Assembly: GCA_045635225.1 (NCBI GenBank)
Contig: JAZRBV010000073.1
Coordinates: 13,864-77,863 of the forward strand
Direction: 5' to 3'
Source: Eubacteriales bacterium
Lineage (GTDB): Bacteria > Bacillota > Clostridia > Oscillospirales > CAG-272
DNA length: 64,000 nucleotides
The notes beneath the pieces are model-generated. The model was not told the origin of the DNA. It ran no database searches and saw only the letters and a program-made list of their open reading frames with translations. This document shows, piece after piece, positions 1 through 9,279 of the stretch; the stretch's first letter is position 1; every line of letters begins with the position of its first letter. The translations under genes were made by a program, and so were the position numbers.

Positions 1-1
1 T

Positions 2-55
2 ATGGAAGCAAAGCTCCCCGAAATGCGCGAAATTGTAAAGAAATATTCGCATTAA
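2..55 (+). CDS. C-terminal fragment of an unidentified CDS entering from upstream of the window
   Basis: Frame 2 is open from the window edge (...EAKLPEMREIVKKYSH) to TAA at 53-55 and is followed by the hairpin at 89-120. Too short to assign a function. Confidence 0.3.
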   Translation: MEAKLPEMREIVKKYSH

Positions 56-88
56 GCGGCATTTAATCTTGAAATAATCTAAAAATAC

Positions 89-120
89 AACCCCGACAGA
101 GCTTTACTCCTGTCGGGGTT
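89..120. terminator. Hairpin terminator between convergent genes
   Basis: Perfect 11-bp inverted repeat aaccccgacag / ctgtcggggtt with a 10-nt loop, an A-run on the left and T residues on the right. It lies between the + CDS ending at 55 and the - CDS ending at 141. Confidence 0.6.
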
Positions 121-140
121 GTACATTCTACATAGCAATG

Positions 141-749
141 TTATTTCTTTATTATTTTCTTGCACCAGGTGCGTTGATTGCATTTAGGACATTGCAAGTA
201 CCGAGTCGTTCCTCTGTGCATCGCATTAAGTGCCTGCTTGTAGGTAGGTACAATTTCATGACCGCAATTTTTGCACTTATACGCACCTACGCTGACCTCA
301 AGCTTTAATGCATAGAGGCACGGTACTAAAAACACGGCGCACACACCGACAATGGTGACAAGCTGCCACACTCCTTCGGGTATTAAGAATGCGGCGATAA
401 AAATTCCTGCAACAAGGACTGTCATACTTACGATCATAATTGCCCACATACTAGACCAGATCATCTTGTTTTTCTTTTCTAATTCTTTTGCCATTTCAAG
501 CAGAAGCTGTTCGTTTTTTTGATTATTGTTTTCCATATTAATTTTCTCCCCACTTAATAATTCGTTTACACTGATGCCGAGAATATCACAGAGCTCGAGC
601 ATAATTGAGGAATCGGGCATTGCGATTCCGCGTTCCCACTTGGATATTGCCTTGTCGGTGATACCGAGTTTTTCGGAAAGCTGCATTTGAGTTAAGTTCT
701 TTTGTTTTCTACAATCAGCAATGAATTTCCCTATTTTCAATTGATCCAT
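141..749 (-). CDS. XRE-family HTH regulator, membrane-anchored, with C-terminal zinc ribbon
   Basis: N-terminal NLTQMQLSEKLGITDKAISKWERG matches the HTH_3 pattern. Two hydrophobic helices lie at about aa 98-150. The C-terminus has CKNCGHE...CPKCNQ (two CxxC). RBS aaaggagg lies 7 nt upstream of the ATG. Confidence 0.85.
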   Translation of the reverse strand: MDQLKIGKFIADCRKQKNLTQMQLSEKLGITDKAISKWERGIAMPDSSIMLELCDILGISVNELLSGEKINMENNNQKNEQLLLEMAKELEKKNKMIWSSMWAIMIVSMTVLVAGIFIAAFLIPEGVWQLVTIVGVCAVFLVPCLYALKLEVSVGAYKCKNCGHEIVPTYKQALNAMHRGTTRYLQCPKCNQRTWCKKIIKK

Positions 750-1126
750 AGGCGACCTCCTTTCGCATACAGTATAACCGATGTTTTAAATAAAGTACAC
801 CTACCGTTGGTTTAGTGAGGAGAAGTAAACCGTTGGTAGAGCTTATTAACAGTTAAATACTTATTTATCGGTGATATCATTATATCATACCACGGTAAAT
901 AAATCAAGCTTGCGGCTTGGATAAACAAAAGCACCCGAAAAGGGCAAAAGGGTGCTTTGAACGGGAATTTCGCATGCGAATATACCCGCACTCTACGCCT
1001 GACAAGCAAGCTTTTCGATCTCCGAGAGGGGTATGCGAACCCGCACTCCGCGCAATGCGCGTAGCGAGTTCGATGAGAGTCGGTTCCACCACACGAAAAA
1101 GCACCGCCGATTTGGCGGTGCTCGTG

Positions 1127-1493
1127 TGGTGGAACCGACGGGAATTGAACCCGTGTCCAAAAGCCTCTTGATATGACCTTCTCCGTGGGCAGTCTTATCT
1201 TTTAGAATTCCCCTCGGAAAGCGCCGATAGACAGGCTCTCCCTTGGGTAGCCCTTTTGTGCATGACCGATACAAGAGCGAACTCTCGGTGCATGTTCACT
1301 ACTGATTTGACGCACGGCGGGGGTCGTAGTCCTCCCTCGCGGTACGGGCGGCACTTATGGCCGCGTCACAGCTTACGCTGCAAGAGCAACTTTAGTGTTG
1401 TCGTTTATTTTTTAAGTTGGATAGTTTAACGGGATTGTCCGGCCCGCCACGCTTATCATACCTCAAAACCCCTGTCGAAACCTTTGCGGCCCC
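1127..1493 (-). ncRNA. ssrA: tmRNA (transfer-messenger RNA)
   Basis: The minus strand starts GGGGCCGCAAAGGTTTCGACAGGGG at 1493 and ends GGACACGGGTTCAATTCCCGTCGGTTCCACCA at 1127. The internal tag frame AAC GAC AAC ACT AAA GTT GCT CTT GCA GCG TAA encodes ...NDNTKVALAA-stop (1405->1373). Confidence 0.93.
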
Positions 1494-1515
1494 ATATAAC
1501 TTGAGGGTATGTATT

Positions 1516-1544
1516 ATTATACACGTTTTTTTTTCGATTGTCAA
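1516..1544 (-). promoter_or_regulatory. Consensus sigma-A promoter for ssrA
   Basis: On the minus strand: TTGACA (1544-1539), 17-nt spacer, TATAAT (1521-1516). This lies about 20 nt upstream of the mature tmRNA 5' end. Confidence 0.7.
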
Positions 1545-1726
1545 GTGGTGGGGGCGTGATTTTTGCTTGATTACGTCTAAAATTTCCGCTAATTTGCGCG
1601 TTTTTTCGACAGCAAGCACTTTGAAATTTTTATCGAATAATTTTTACTTCCGCAAATCCTACAGTCTAGGAAGATACCGAAAAATAGGGCGTTTTGTAAA
1701 ATGTGGTTTGCAAAACGCCCCCGAAA

Positions 1727-3184
1727 TTATAATAAAATGCAGATGAGACCGTTAGATCCTTCGTTGATAATTTTACCTAGCGTCTCGCCCAGCTTCTCGC
1801 GCGACTCGCGAGGCATATGCTCGAGCTTTGAGTTCATTCCGTCGCTCACCATATCGTATAGCGATTTGCCGAACATATTATACTCCCATACACACTCTGG
1901 ATTATCCTCAAACTCCTCGGTGAGGAATTTGATCACCTCCTCCGATTGAGCTTCGCTTCCGACAACGGGGCATAGGTCAGCCTTGATATCCGTCTTTATC
2001 ATATGAATTGAATCTGCATGTGCCGAAACCTTGACTCCGTATCCGTTTGCGGATTTGACCATCCTCGGCTCTTCGAGCTTCAGCTCCTTTGCTGTCGGCA
2101 TAACTATACCGTATCCACTCGCCTCAACGTCCTCGAGCGCGCGCTCGAATCTCTCGTATTTTTTCTTTACCGCCGACAGCTCGCATACAGTCTTCAAAAG
2201 CTTGCCGTCATCTCTGATATCCAATCCGCACATCTCGCTGAGTGTCTCGTAGTAAACCTCACGACCGAGCGGCAACTCGAGCTCTGCCGTGCCGTCGCCG
2301 GCATCGACACTCACCTTGATTATCTCCTCCGAATCGCATAGCGCGCGATCGATATCTCCGATCCGTGTCACGTTTTTCGAGAATGTCTTTATGCTATCGA
2401 GCATTTTCATGCGTAGCGTATGCTCGCGCGGAAGCACCGATGTCCATTCGGGCAGGCGAAAGCAGAGTGCCTTGATAGGAAACTCGCCGAGCACCAGCGA
2501 TAGTATTTCGCGTATATCCTTTCCATCAAGCTCTGCACAGGATACCAGCGCGACGGGTGCACCGTATTTTTCCTCGAGCTCAACAGCGAGCGCATGTGCC
2601 GTCTCGCTATCGGGATATCTTGAATTCAGTATAATGGCAAACGGCTTGCCGTGCTCACGCAGCTCGGAAACGACCCGCTCCTCTGCGGGCAGATAGCTCT
2701 CGCGCGGTATATCCGCAATACTTCCGTCGGTCGTTACCAGCATCGCTATCGTCGCGTGCTCTCCGATGACCTTCGACGTTCCGAGCTCAGCCGCCTCCTT
2801 GAAGGGCATCTCCTCCTCGCTCCAGGGCGTCTTTACCATACGTGTGACGCCTTCCTCCTCGCCTCCGAGAGCACCGTCGACGAGATATCCGACGCAGTCG
2901 ACCATCTTCACGTTGAATTCCGTACCGTCTCCCGTGCGTATGCGCACCGACTCGTCGGGCACGAATTTCGGTTCGGTGGTCATCACCGTCTTGCCGGATG
3001 CGCTCTGGGGCATCTCGTCCTGCGTGCGCTCTCTGTCGTACTCGTTTTCGATGTTAGGGAGCACCGCGCACTCGAGAAACCTATGTATAAATGTAGATTT
3101 TCCCGTCCTTACGGGTCCGACGACGCCGATGTAGATATCTCCGCCAGTCCTTTTAGCTATATCCTTGTAAATGCTGTTTTCCAT
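1727..3184 (-). CDS. spoIVA: Stage IV sporulation protein A (spore coat morphogenetic ATPase)
   Basis: N-terminus MENSIYKDIAKRTGGDIYIGVVGPVRTGKSTFIHRF carries the Walker A motif GPVRTGKST typical of SpoIVA. Length 485 aa. RBS ggaggag is present. Confidence 0.92.
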   Translation of the reverse strand: MENSIYKDIAKRTGGDIYIGVVGPVRTGKSTFIHRFLECAVLPNIENEYDRERTQDEMPQSASGKTVMTTEPKFVPDESVRIRTGDGTEFNVKMVDCVGYLVDGALGGEEEGVTRMVKTPWSEEEMPFKEAAELGTSKVIGEHATIAMLVTTDGSIADIPRESYLPAEERVVSELREHGKPFAIILNSRYPDSETAHALAVELEEKYGAPVALVSCAELDGKDIREILSLVLGEFPIKALCFRLPEWTSVLPREHTLRMKMLDSIKTFSKNVTRIGDIDRALCDSEEIIKVSVDAGDGTAELELPLGREVYYETLSEMCGLDIRDDGKLLKTVCELSAVKKKYERFERALEDVEASGYGIVMPTAKELKLEEPRMVKSANGYGVKVSAHADSIHMIKTDIKADLCPVVGSEAQSEEVIKFLTEEFEDNPECVWEYNMFGKSLYDMVSDGMNSKLEHMPRESREKLGETLGKIINEGSNGLICILL

Positions 3185-3216
3185 AATCGCTCCTCCGAAA
3201 TTTTCATCTCAAGAAT

Positions 3217-3246
3217 ACAGTATGCATGAGCCGGGATAATTATGAC
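3217..3246 (-). promoter_or_regulatory. Possible sigma-E-type promoter upstream of spoIVA
   Basis: On the minus strand: GTCATA (3246-3241), 16 nt, CATACTGT (3224-3217), resembling the B. subtilis sigma-E -10 element CATACA-T. Spacing and match were judged by eye only. Confidence 0.3.
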
Positions 3247-3277
3247 AAAAACTGCCGCGACGGTCGGGTCGCGGCAG
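3247..3277 (-). terminator. Rho-independent terminator after the 794-aa glycoside hydrolase-like gene
   Basis: Hairpin ctgccgcgac / gtcgcggcag (3252-3277), followed on the minus strand by TTTTT (3251-3247). Confidence 0.7.
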
Positions 3278-3286
3278 TCAGAATAT

Positions 3287-5671
3287 TTATTTCATTTTTT
3301 CTATTATCACCTTGCCAAGCCTTGGAGCATAGCATCTTTCTTCGAACGATGCCTGTTTATCGGGCTTCGCGCTGTACAGTCCGACCTCCGCTTTGGGAAA
3401 CGTGTTGAAAATAAAATCTTTTTTCGCCGTAAGCTCGTTTGCAGCGGTGTTTGATACCTTGATTTCTATTTTCGCGCACATAGGTATCATATCTCCGGAT
3501 ATCTCCGCTGACATAGGCAAAAGACCGAGATCGCATACTTTTTTTCCATTAAGTGAAACCGAAGCTGAGATCGTTGTATCCTCTAGACGAATACGATATC
3601 GCTCATTCTTTTGCGGCTCATATGGGAGCTTGTAATCGCCGACATACGTAATGCTTCCGGAAAAATCTGAGGTGATCTCGGGCGCACCGATATAACGCTT
3701 CAGCTCACAGCCGCTGTAAGTTACTTCGAATCTTTCGTGCCGGGTAGCGTCGAAATTATCGATTGAAACCGAATAATCGACCTCATCCGATACGGTATCG
3801 ATGATCTCGTCGGTGACGAGATATACAGCTATGTCGCCACAGAGAAGAGTAGGTGAGCATTTATCTCTACGGTAGACGTTTCCGCTTCTCGGATCGATCT
3901 CGTACAGGTGCTGTTTTCCTTTTATATCAAAACATTCGGTAATCGTGTCTATTCCCTCGTTAAAGAAGAACCAAAGCCTCGAATTGTAAATTTTTCTTGT
4001 CATTATGCGCACTTTATCGCTCTTTGGCGTGAGAATAGGAACACCCTTTCCCAAATAAGATGCGATTTTTTCTTTAACGTCATCAGGCATATATTTGCAC
4101 TCGGGAACGACTATGTGGCTATACGTGGCGTCACCGAGCTTGAGTCCGGCTATAGTCACTTCAGCGTCGCGTATTCCGTAATCGTCAATTATGTCGAACG
4201 GGATATTTTCGCTCTCTAAGAGAGTGCCGAGGCGTCCGAAGCTCTCTGTTGCGTCGATAACGCTTTTCGGATCAGCCCAATAATCTGCCGCGGGGTGATA
4301 AAGTGCGGTATCCCCCTCGGCATCACCAAGGGATGCAAGGTAACAAAGCCTCTCTATGTATTCGTGCAGATGCTGCCTGTCGTAGAAGCCGGGCTTCTCA
4401 GGGGAGAATGACGGACGGCACATCAGCGCTCCGCAACGCTTGCTTGACGAGGGCATGCTCATAAAGTTGAAGCGGTTGATACCTCTGATAAGCTGATAAT
4501 TGAGCACGAACTTCATTTCCTCCGGAGTTATGCCGTCACCGTATATTGCGAAGGTCTCGGACAGCGTGCGTACCTTGCCTGTCTGCCTTGCGGCGGATGA
4601 TGCAAGGCGCGGGAAAAATCCGAATTTCTCCGTCTCACCGTCAAGACAGCTTCTTCCGCCGTGGGGATAGCGTATCTGCTCCCATATTACGTCGATTCCG
4701 GGCAGATCGAATTTTCTCAAGCATTCAACCATGCTGAAAGCACCGCAGTACATACCGCCGTATGCAATGTTGTCGTTGTTCAAGTGTCCGCCAAAGACGA
4801 TGCCGCGGTCTCTGCACCAGTTGCGCAACTTTGTAAAGGCGTTGTCGCGGAGTAGCTCGCCGAGCATCCGACCGTAGTCGATCCTTGCTCTTAGCTCCTC
4901 CTCCGTAGTTGCCTCCTCACCGTATCCGTCGAGTGCGTAGATGTAGTCTCTTACGTCATATCCATACCGTTCCTTGAATATCTCAAAGCCACCCTTTGGC
5001 AAGCAGTTTTTCATAACCGCAGGCTCATCGGTAAAGAACACGGGCGTTTTGGCAAACAGCTCGCCGAGTGCCGCTTTGTATCTTTCATAGGTGTTGGATA
5101 TAAAGGTATCGATTGCCGTGGGGTTAGTAAGATCGATCACGTTAGGAAGTATTGTAGATTGCTTTATGTAGTATTCCTTCAGCGTCATATCTTTGTAGGC
5201 GGTGAAGCTCTCGGGCATTCTCTTTTTCTCAAAGAATACCGCGACGGTATCCTCGGGCGCGCTATAGGACTCACCGAGATGGAGATTTCTTTCTCTCGAT
5301 TTGATCATATCGACAGCCGCATCCGGGTACTCTCTCAGCGTGTTATAGTTAGCACCGCCCGACGGCCAGCCACCCTCATCGTAGAGCCAGAAGACGATCC
5401 CCCTCTTATCTGCCTCCTCCACGGTATATCTTATAAGCTCGAAGAATTCATCTGTGAGATATTCGGGGTCAAGAAACGTTCTCAGCGTCTCGGGGCGGAA
5501 ATCCTTGGGCAAGGGAATAATATACGCGCTCTTTATTCCGGCTCGTACCATTTCGTCGAGCCTGTGATCTATAACGTCCTTTGTTATAGGACTTGCCCAC
5601 AGCCAGGAGTATACCACGTCAAACTCGCGCGGTACGCATCTGAGCTTTTTTTGATCAAATTTATATTTCAT
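3287..5671 (-). CDS. Putative large cytoplasmic glycoside hydrolase (GH106 / GH2-sugar-binding-like architecture)
   Basis: 794 aa. The N-terminal YSWLWASPITKDVIDHRLDEMVRAGIKSAYIIPLP...WLYDEGGWPSGGA resembles the TIM-barrel start of rhamnosidase-like hydrolases as I recall them. No signal peptide. Family assignment is unverified. Confidence 0.5.
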   Translation of the reverse strand: MKYKFDQKKLRCVPREFDVVYSWLWASPITKDVIDHRLDEMVRAGIKSAYIIPLPKDFRPETLRTFLDPEYLTDEFFELIRYTVEEADKRGIVFWLYDEGGWPSGGANYNTLREYPDAAVDMIKSRERNLHLGESYSAPEDTVAVFFEKKRMPESFTAYKDMTLKEYYIKQSTILPNVIDLTNPTAIDTFISNTYERYKAALGELFAKTPVFFTDEPAVMKNCLPKGGFEIFKERYGYDVRDYIYALDGYGEEATTEEELRARIDYGRMLGELLRDNAFTKLRNWCRDRGIVFGGHLNNDNIAYGGMYCGAFSMVECLRKFDLPGIDVIWEQIRYPHGGRSCLDGETEKFGFFPRLASSAARQTGKVRTLSETFAIYGDGITPEEMKFVLNYQLIRGINRFNFMSMPSSSKRCGALMCRPSFSPEKPGFYDRQHLHEYIERLCYLASLGDAEGDTALYHPAADYWADPKSVIDATESFGRLGTLLESENIPFDIIDDYGIRDAEVTIAGLKLGDATYSHIVVPECKYMPDDVKEKIASYLGKGVPILTPKSDKVRIMTRKIYNSRLWFFFNEGIDTITECFDIKGKQHLYEIDPRSGNVYRRDKCSPTLLCGDIAVYLVTDEIIDTVSDEVDYSVSIDNFDATRHERFEVTYSGCELKRYIGAPEITSDFSGSITYVGDYKLPYEPQKNERYRIRLEDTTISASVSLNGKKVCDLGLLPMSAEISGDMIPMCAKIEIKVSNTAANELTAKKDFIFNTFPKAEVGLYSAKPDKQASFEERCYAPRLGKVIIEKMK

Positions 5672-5685
5672 AGTACTTCACCATT

Positions 5686-7068
5686 TCAAGCTTTCCCTCT
5701 TGTTAGGAGGCTGTCGCCCCGAAGATATTTTCTCGTCAGGATCATAACTACCGTCAGGAGTGCGGCTGCGGTAAGCAACCAACCTAACGGATAGCATACG
5801 AGAAAATTCTCGGGCGTAGGGTTCAGCGGATAGACCCAAGTCATCCAAACCACGCGGAGCGCACATACGCCGATAAGATTTGATATCATTTGGAAAATAT
5901 TATAGCCGTACGCCTGCAGAGCACCGACGTTGACGGTCATTATACCGTTCAGCGCCGCGGCACCTCCGACGAACAGTAGCCTCAGATAGCCAAACTCCAC
6001 GGCAGCGGGCTCACCGGGCAGGAAAAATCCGAGGAAAAATTTTCCGAGGGTAATTAGGATCACGGTGCACACCGCCATGGTGCTCACGTTTATACCGTAT
6101 CCCGTAAAGAGCGAGCGCTTTACTCGATCTCTCCTGTCTGCACCCATATTCTGACCGATAAAGGTCGCCACGGTGACACCGACGGAATCCGAGATCACGA
6201 ATATGTAGCTCTCAACCTGAGATGCGGCAGACATACCCGAGAGTCCGACTGAGCCGAACGAGTTGATAGCCGGCTGAATTATCAGGTTTGAGATTGAAAA
6301 GCTTGCCGAGGATATCGCCGCGGGAATGCCGTAGCGTATGATCTTAAGGAAAACGTCCCTGTCAAACGTCGGCTTGAAGGGGAAGAGCCTCGTTGCATCA
6401 CTTGCACGGAGCATTCGCCTTACGAATAAGAATGCGCTGACGTATATCGACACCGTCGTTGCTATGGCGACCGACTCGACGGGTCTGTCGGTGACGAATA
6501 CGAGTATCACGTTTAAAGCTACGTTTATAACGCCCGATATGCTGCTGTAAATAAACGGAGTGCGTGAGTCACCGGAGCTGCGTATTACCGACGCCGAAAA
6601 GTTCGCCATCATGGAGGCGGGAACGCTCAGAAAATAAATACGCAAGTACTTGATGGAGTAGGGAAGGATGTCGTCGGGGCATTCGGTCAGGGTCAGCATA
6701 TATTCTGCAAGCCCTTCTCCCAATACCGTTACGCCGATGCCGAGCACGAGCGCGATAACGTACGACGTAGATACCACCTTGCGCAAGCCGTCATCATCCT
6801 TGCTTCCCGTATATCGTGCGGTCAGAATACTCGTTCCCACGAACATGCTGATGAAGAAATTAACGCACATGGATATTATCGAGCCGGTAGCTCCTACTGC
6901 CGCAAGAGAATCCTTGCCGCCCATGATTCCGACGACGAGCGAGTCAGCGGTGCTGTAGAGCATCTGTAATACGCCCATCAGTATCAACGGTATTGCAAAT
7001 TTGATCATAGACGGAAGTATTGCACCCTCGGTTATCGAGCGCACTCTCATCTGCGTATCGTTACTCAT
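5686..7068 (-). CDS. MATE family efflux transporter
   Basis: 460 aa with about 12 hydrophobic segments. N-terminal pattern ILPSMIKFAIPLILMGVLQMLYSTADSLVVG is typical of MatE. It lies 14 nt upstream of the next gene on the same strand. Confidence 0.85.
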   Translation of the reverse strand: MSNDTQMRVRSITEGAILPSMIKFAIPLILMGVLQMLYSTADSLVVGIMGGKDSLAAVGATGSIISMCVNFFISMFVGTSILTARYTGSKDDDGLRKVVSTSYVIALVLGIGVTVLGEGLAEYMLTLTECPDDILPYSIKYLRIYFLSVPASMMANFSASVIRSSGDSRTPFIYSSISGVINVALNVILVFVTDRPVESVAIATTVSIYVSAFLFVRRMLRASDATRLFPFKPTFDRDVFLKIIRYGIPAAISSASFSISNLIIQPAINSFGSVGLSGMSAASQVESYIFVISDSVGVTVATFIGQNMGADRRDRVKRSLFTGYGINVSTMAVCTVILITLGKFFLGFFLPGEPAAVEFGYLRLLFVGGAAALNGIMTVNVGALQAYGYNIFQMISNLIGVCALRVVWMTWVYPLNPTPENFLVCYPLGWLLTAAALLTVVMILTRKYLRGDSLLTRGKA

Positions 7069-7232
7069 AATAAACTCCTATGCGTGCTTGCTGCATCAAT
7101 GGTATTATACATTTCACCCCGTGAAATGTCAATACGAATTTCGGCATTTTCACAAAAGTTATTGAAAAAGAAAAAACGGTGTGATATACTGTATACGCTG
7201 TTAAAAATCACACACGAAGAGAGGAATTTAAT

Positions 7233-9236
7233 ATGCAGATGTTTTCAAGCGAGGATATCGCTCGTATAAAAAAGAGAATATTGGATAATCCCAAGTTTGT
7301 AAGTAATGTGGAAAAAAAGACGGAAAACGTAAGGCGCAAGCTTATTATTCAGAAGAGTGGACTTGCTACGTGGGGTCACTATTTCACCTGCCCCAAGTGC
7401 GGCGGTAAGCTTGTGTACGATTATGATTGCAACGATCATTTCGATTGCTCGGTATGCGGCAACGTCGTGAGCGGCGAGCCCTATATCGGCGCGTGGTGGG
7501 AGTATATTCTTGACGTCACCGTCGAGGCTGCTTTCGATCTTGCGCTTATCTACGTCGGAGCGGAAAAAAGTGAGTATCTCGATATCGTAAAGAATATTCT
7601 TCTCGGATATGCGGACAATTACTGCAACTACGAGGTGCATGGCGGAATTCCGTACAACAACCCGGGTAGATTCGCAGCGCAGGTGCTCAGCGACTGTCAT
7701 CCCATCTATAACCTGGCGAGAGCCTACGCTCTAATTAAGGATGAATTTACCTCCGCTGAGAGGGAGCATATCGAAAACGACCTCTTCAGAGAGGCGGCAA
7801 AGCATCAGATCAAATACCTCACACCTCAGATACATAATCACGAGGTAGTTATTTCTGCCTCTATTGCTACGATAGGATTTGCCATCGACGATAAAAACCT
7901 CGTTGAAAAGGCGCTTAACGACAAGTACGGCATAAAATATCAGATCGATCACGCCTACCTCGACGATAATCTCTGGTTTGAGGGCTCGCTCGGTTATCAT
8001 TGCTACGCACTCGGTTGGATTATGATATACGAGATGATGGCGAAGAATACTCCCGAGTACAGCCTTTTTGCCGACGATCACTACCGTGAAAAGCTTTATG
8101 CCGCGCTTATGTTCCTCGAGAACTTCAACATAGACGGAAAGAGAAACTTCAAATTCAACGACGGTGGCGGATACTACGTAGGAAACAGCAGATTGTACGA
8201 ATATGCATATGCTTATTTCAAGCGCGACGAGCTTCTTCCTTTACTCAAGGCGAGCTACGTCGGAGATGAGCGCGACAACAACCTTTACGCGATCATGTAC
8301 GGAGTGGAGAAGCTTCCCGAGAATATTCCCCCTATAAAGAAGGATTTCTATTTTGCAAAGGGAGGATCCAATCTTGCCGTGCTTCGCGGCAGCGATGACC
8401 GATATCTCGCATTCAAGGCTTTGCCATACGGCGGCGAGCACGATCACTACGACAGACTTTCGATCTCCTTTGGTGCGTTTGGAGAGGGTGTCAGTGCGGA
8501 TTTTGGCACTTCCTCGGGCTACGGCTCGCCTCTGCACTACGGCTATTTCAAAAACACCGCGTCTCATAACACCGTTGTTATCGACGGCGAAAATATGGCA
8601 CCCTGCGACACGGTGGTAAATGAGTATCGCGTGAATGCTCCCGATGATATCTATCTTGATGCCGAGACTCTTCCTCCCGAGGATTATAAGATGCTCGACT
8701 CCTTCACCATCAAGCAGTGGAGTGACGAGGCATACAGCGGCGTGCGTATGCGCCGTGTCGTCTCCTGGCACGATAAGTACTTTATTGACGTCTTCTCGGT
8801 CAAATCGGATAACGACTTAAAGAAGGAATGGACCTGGCACACCGACGGTCGTCTCGTAGCACCGAAGTCGGGCAGATACGTGAACGGCATCTCGCAAAAG
8901 GGCGCGCAGAGCTATATCAAGAACGCCTATATCGACAAGGCAGAGGGCATCGTCAAATGTGAGTATGTGTGTGACGGATGTAATCTCGATATTTATGCAC
9001 TCGCTGACGGTCACGAGATGATCTACGCAGAGGGACCGAATAACCCCGCTGATAAGAATGTTTCCTACCTCCTCGAGCGCTCCACAGCGAAGTGCCCGAT
9101 ATACGTAAACGTAATTGAGGCATATAAGGGTGAGAGTGTGATATCAGGCGTTGAGGCGACGGCTTCTGACGGCACGGTATCGGTCAAGGTTACCGAGAAA
9201 TCGGGAAAGGTCAGAACCCTTGAAGTAAAAATATAA
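7233..9236 (+). CDS. Heparinase II/III-like protein (polysaccharide lyase-like) with N-terminal zinc ribbon
   Basis: 667 aa. Motifs HNHEV, GGEHDHYDRLS and ASHNTVVIDGENM are typical of the Hepar_II_III domain. CPKCGG...CNDHFDCSVCG lies at aa 53-75. No signal peptide. RBS agaggaa. Confidence 0.75.
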   Translation: MQMFSSEDIARIKKRILDNPKFVSNVEKKTENVRRKLIIQKSGLATWGHYFTCPKCGGKLVYDYDCNDHFDCSVCGNVVSGEPYIGAWWEYILDVTVEAAFDLALIYVGAEKSEYLDIVKNILLGYADNYCNYEVHGGIPYNNPGRFAAQVLSDCHPIYNLARAYALIKDEFTSAEREHIENDLFREAAKHQIKYLTPQIHNHEVVISASIATIGFAIDDKNLVEKALNDKYGIKYQIDHAYLDDNLWFEGSLGYHCYALGWIMIYEMMAKNTPEYSLFADDHYREKLYAALMFLENFNIDGKRNFKFNDGGGYYVGNSRLYEYAYAYFKRDELLPLLKASYVGDERDNNLYAIMYGVEKLPENIPPIKKDFYFAKGGSNLAVLRGSDDRYLAFKALPYGGEHDHYDRLSISFGAFGEGVSADFGTSSGYGSPLHYGYFKNTASHNTVVIDGENMAPCDTVVNEYRVNAPDDIYLDAETLPPEDYKMLDSFTIKQWSDEAYSGVRMRRVVSWHDKYFIDVFSVKSDNDLKKEWTWHTDGRLVAPKSGRYVNGISQKGAQSYIKNAYIDKAEGIVKCEYVCDGCNLDIYALADGHEMIYAEGPNNPADKNVSYLLERSTAKCPIYVNVIEAYKGESVISGVEATASDGTVSVKVTEKSGKVRTLEVKI

Positions 9237-9279
9237 CGAAAAAGCTCCCTACCGCGATTGTCGGTGGAGAGCTTTCACT

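Noticed and set aside
904-1274. ORFs 904-1104(-), 917-1171(+) and 993-1274(-) overlapping the tmRNA and its downstream region.
   Set aside because: The region is explained by ssrA (5' GGGGCC...TTCGAC, 3' ...TTCCACCA) and its terminator and repeats. The ORFs have no RBS and give Arg/Ser/Pro-rich translations.
1392-1949. ORFs 1392-1619(-), 1417-1746(+) and 1701-1949(+) around the ssrA 5' end and the spoIVA 3' end.
   Set aside because: They overlap the tmRNA 5' part and promoter, or are antisense to spoIVA. There are no translation signals.
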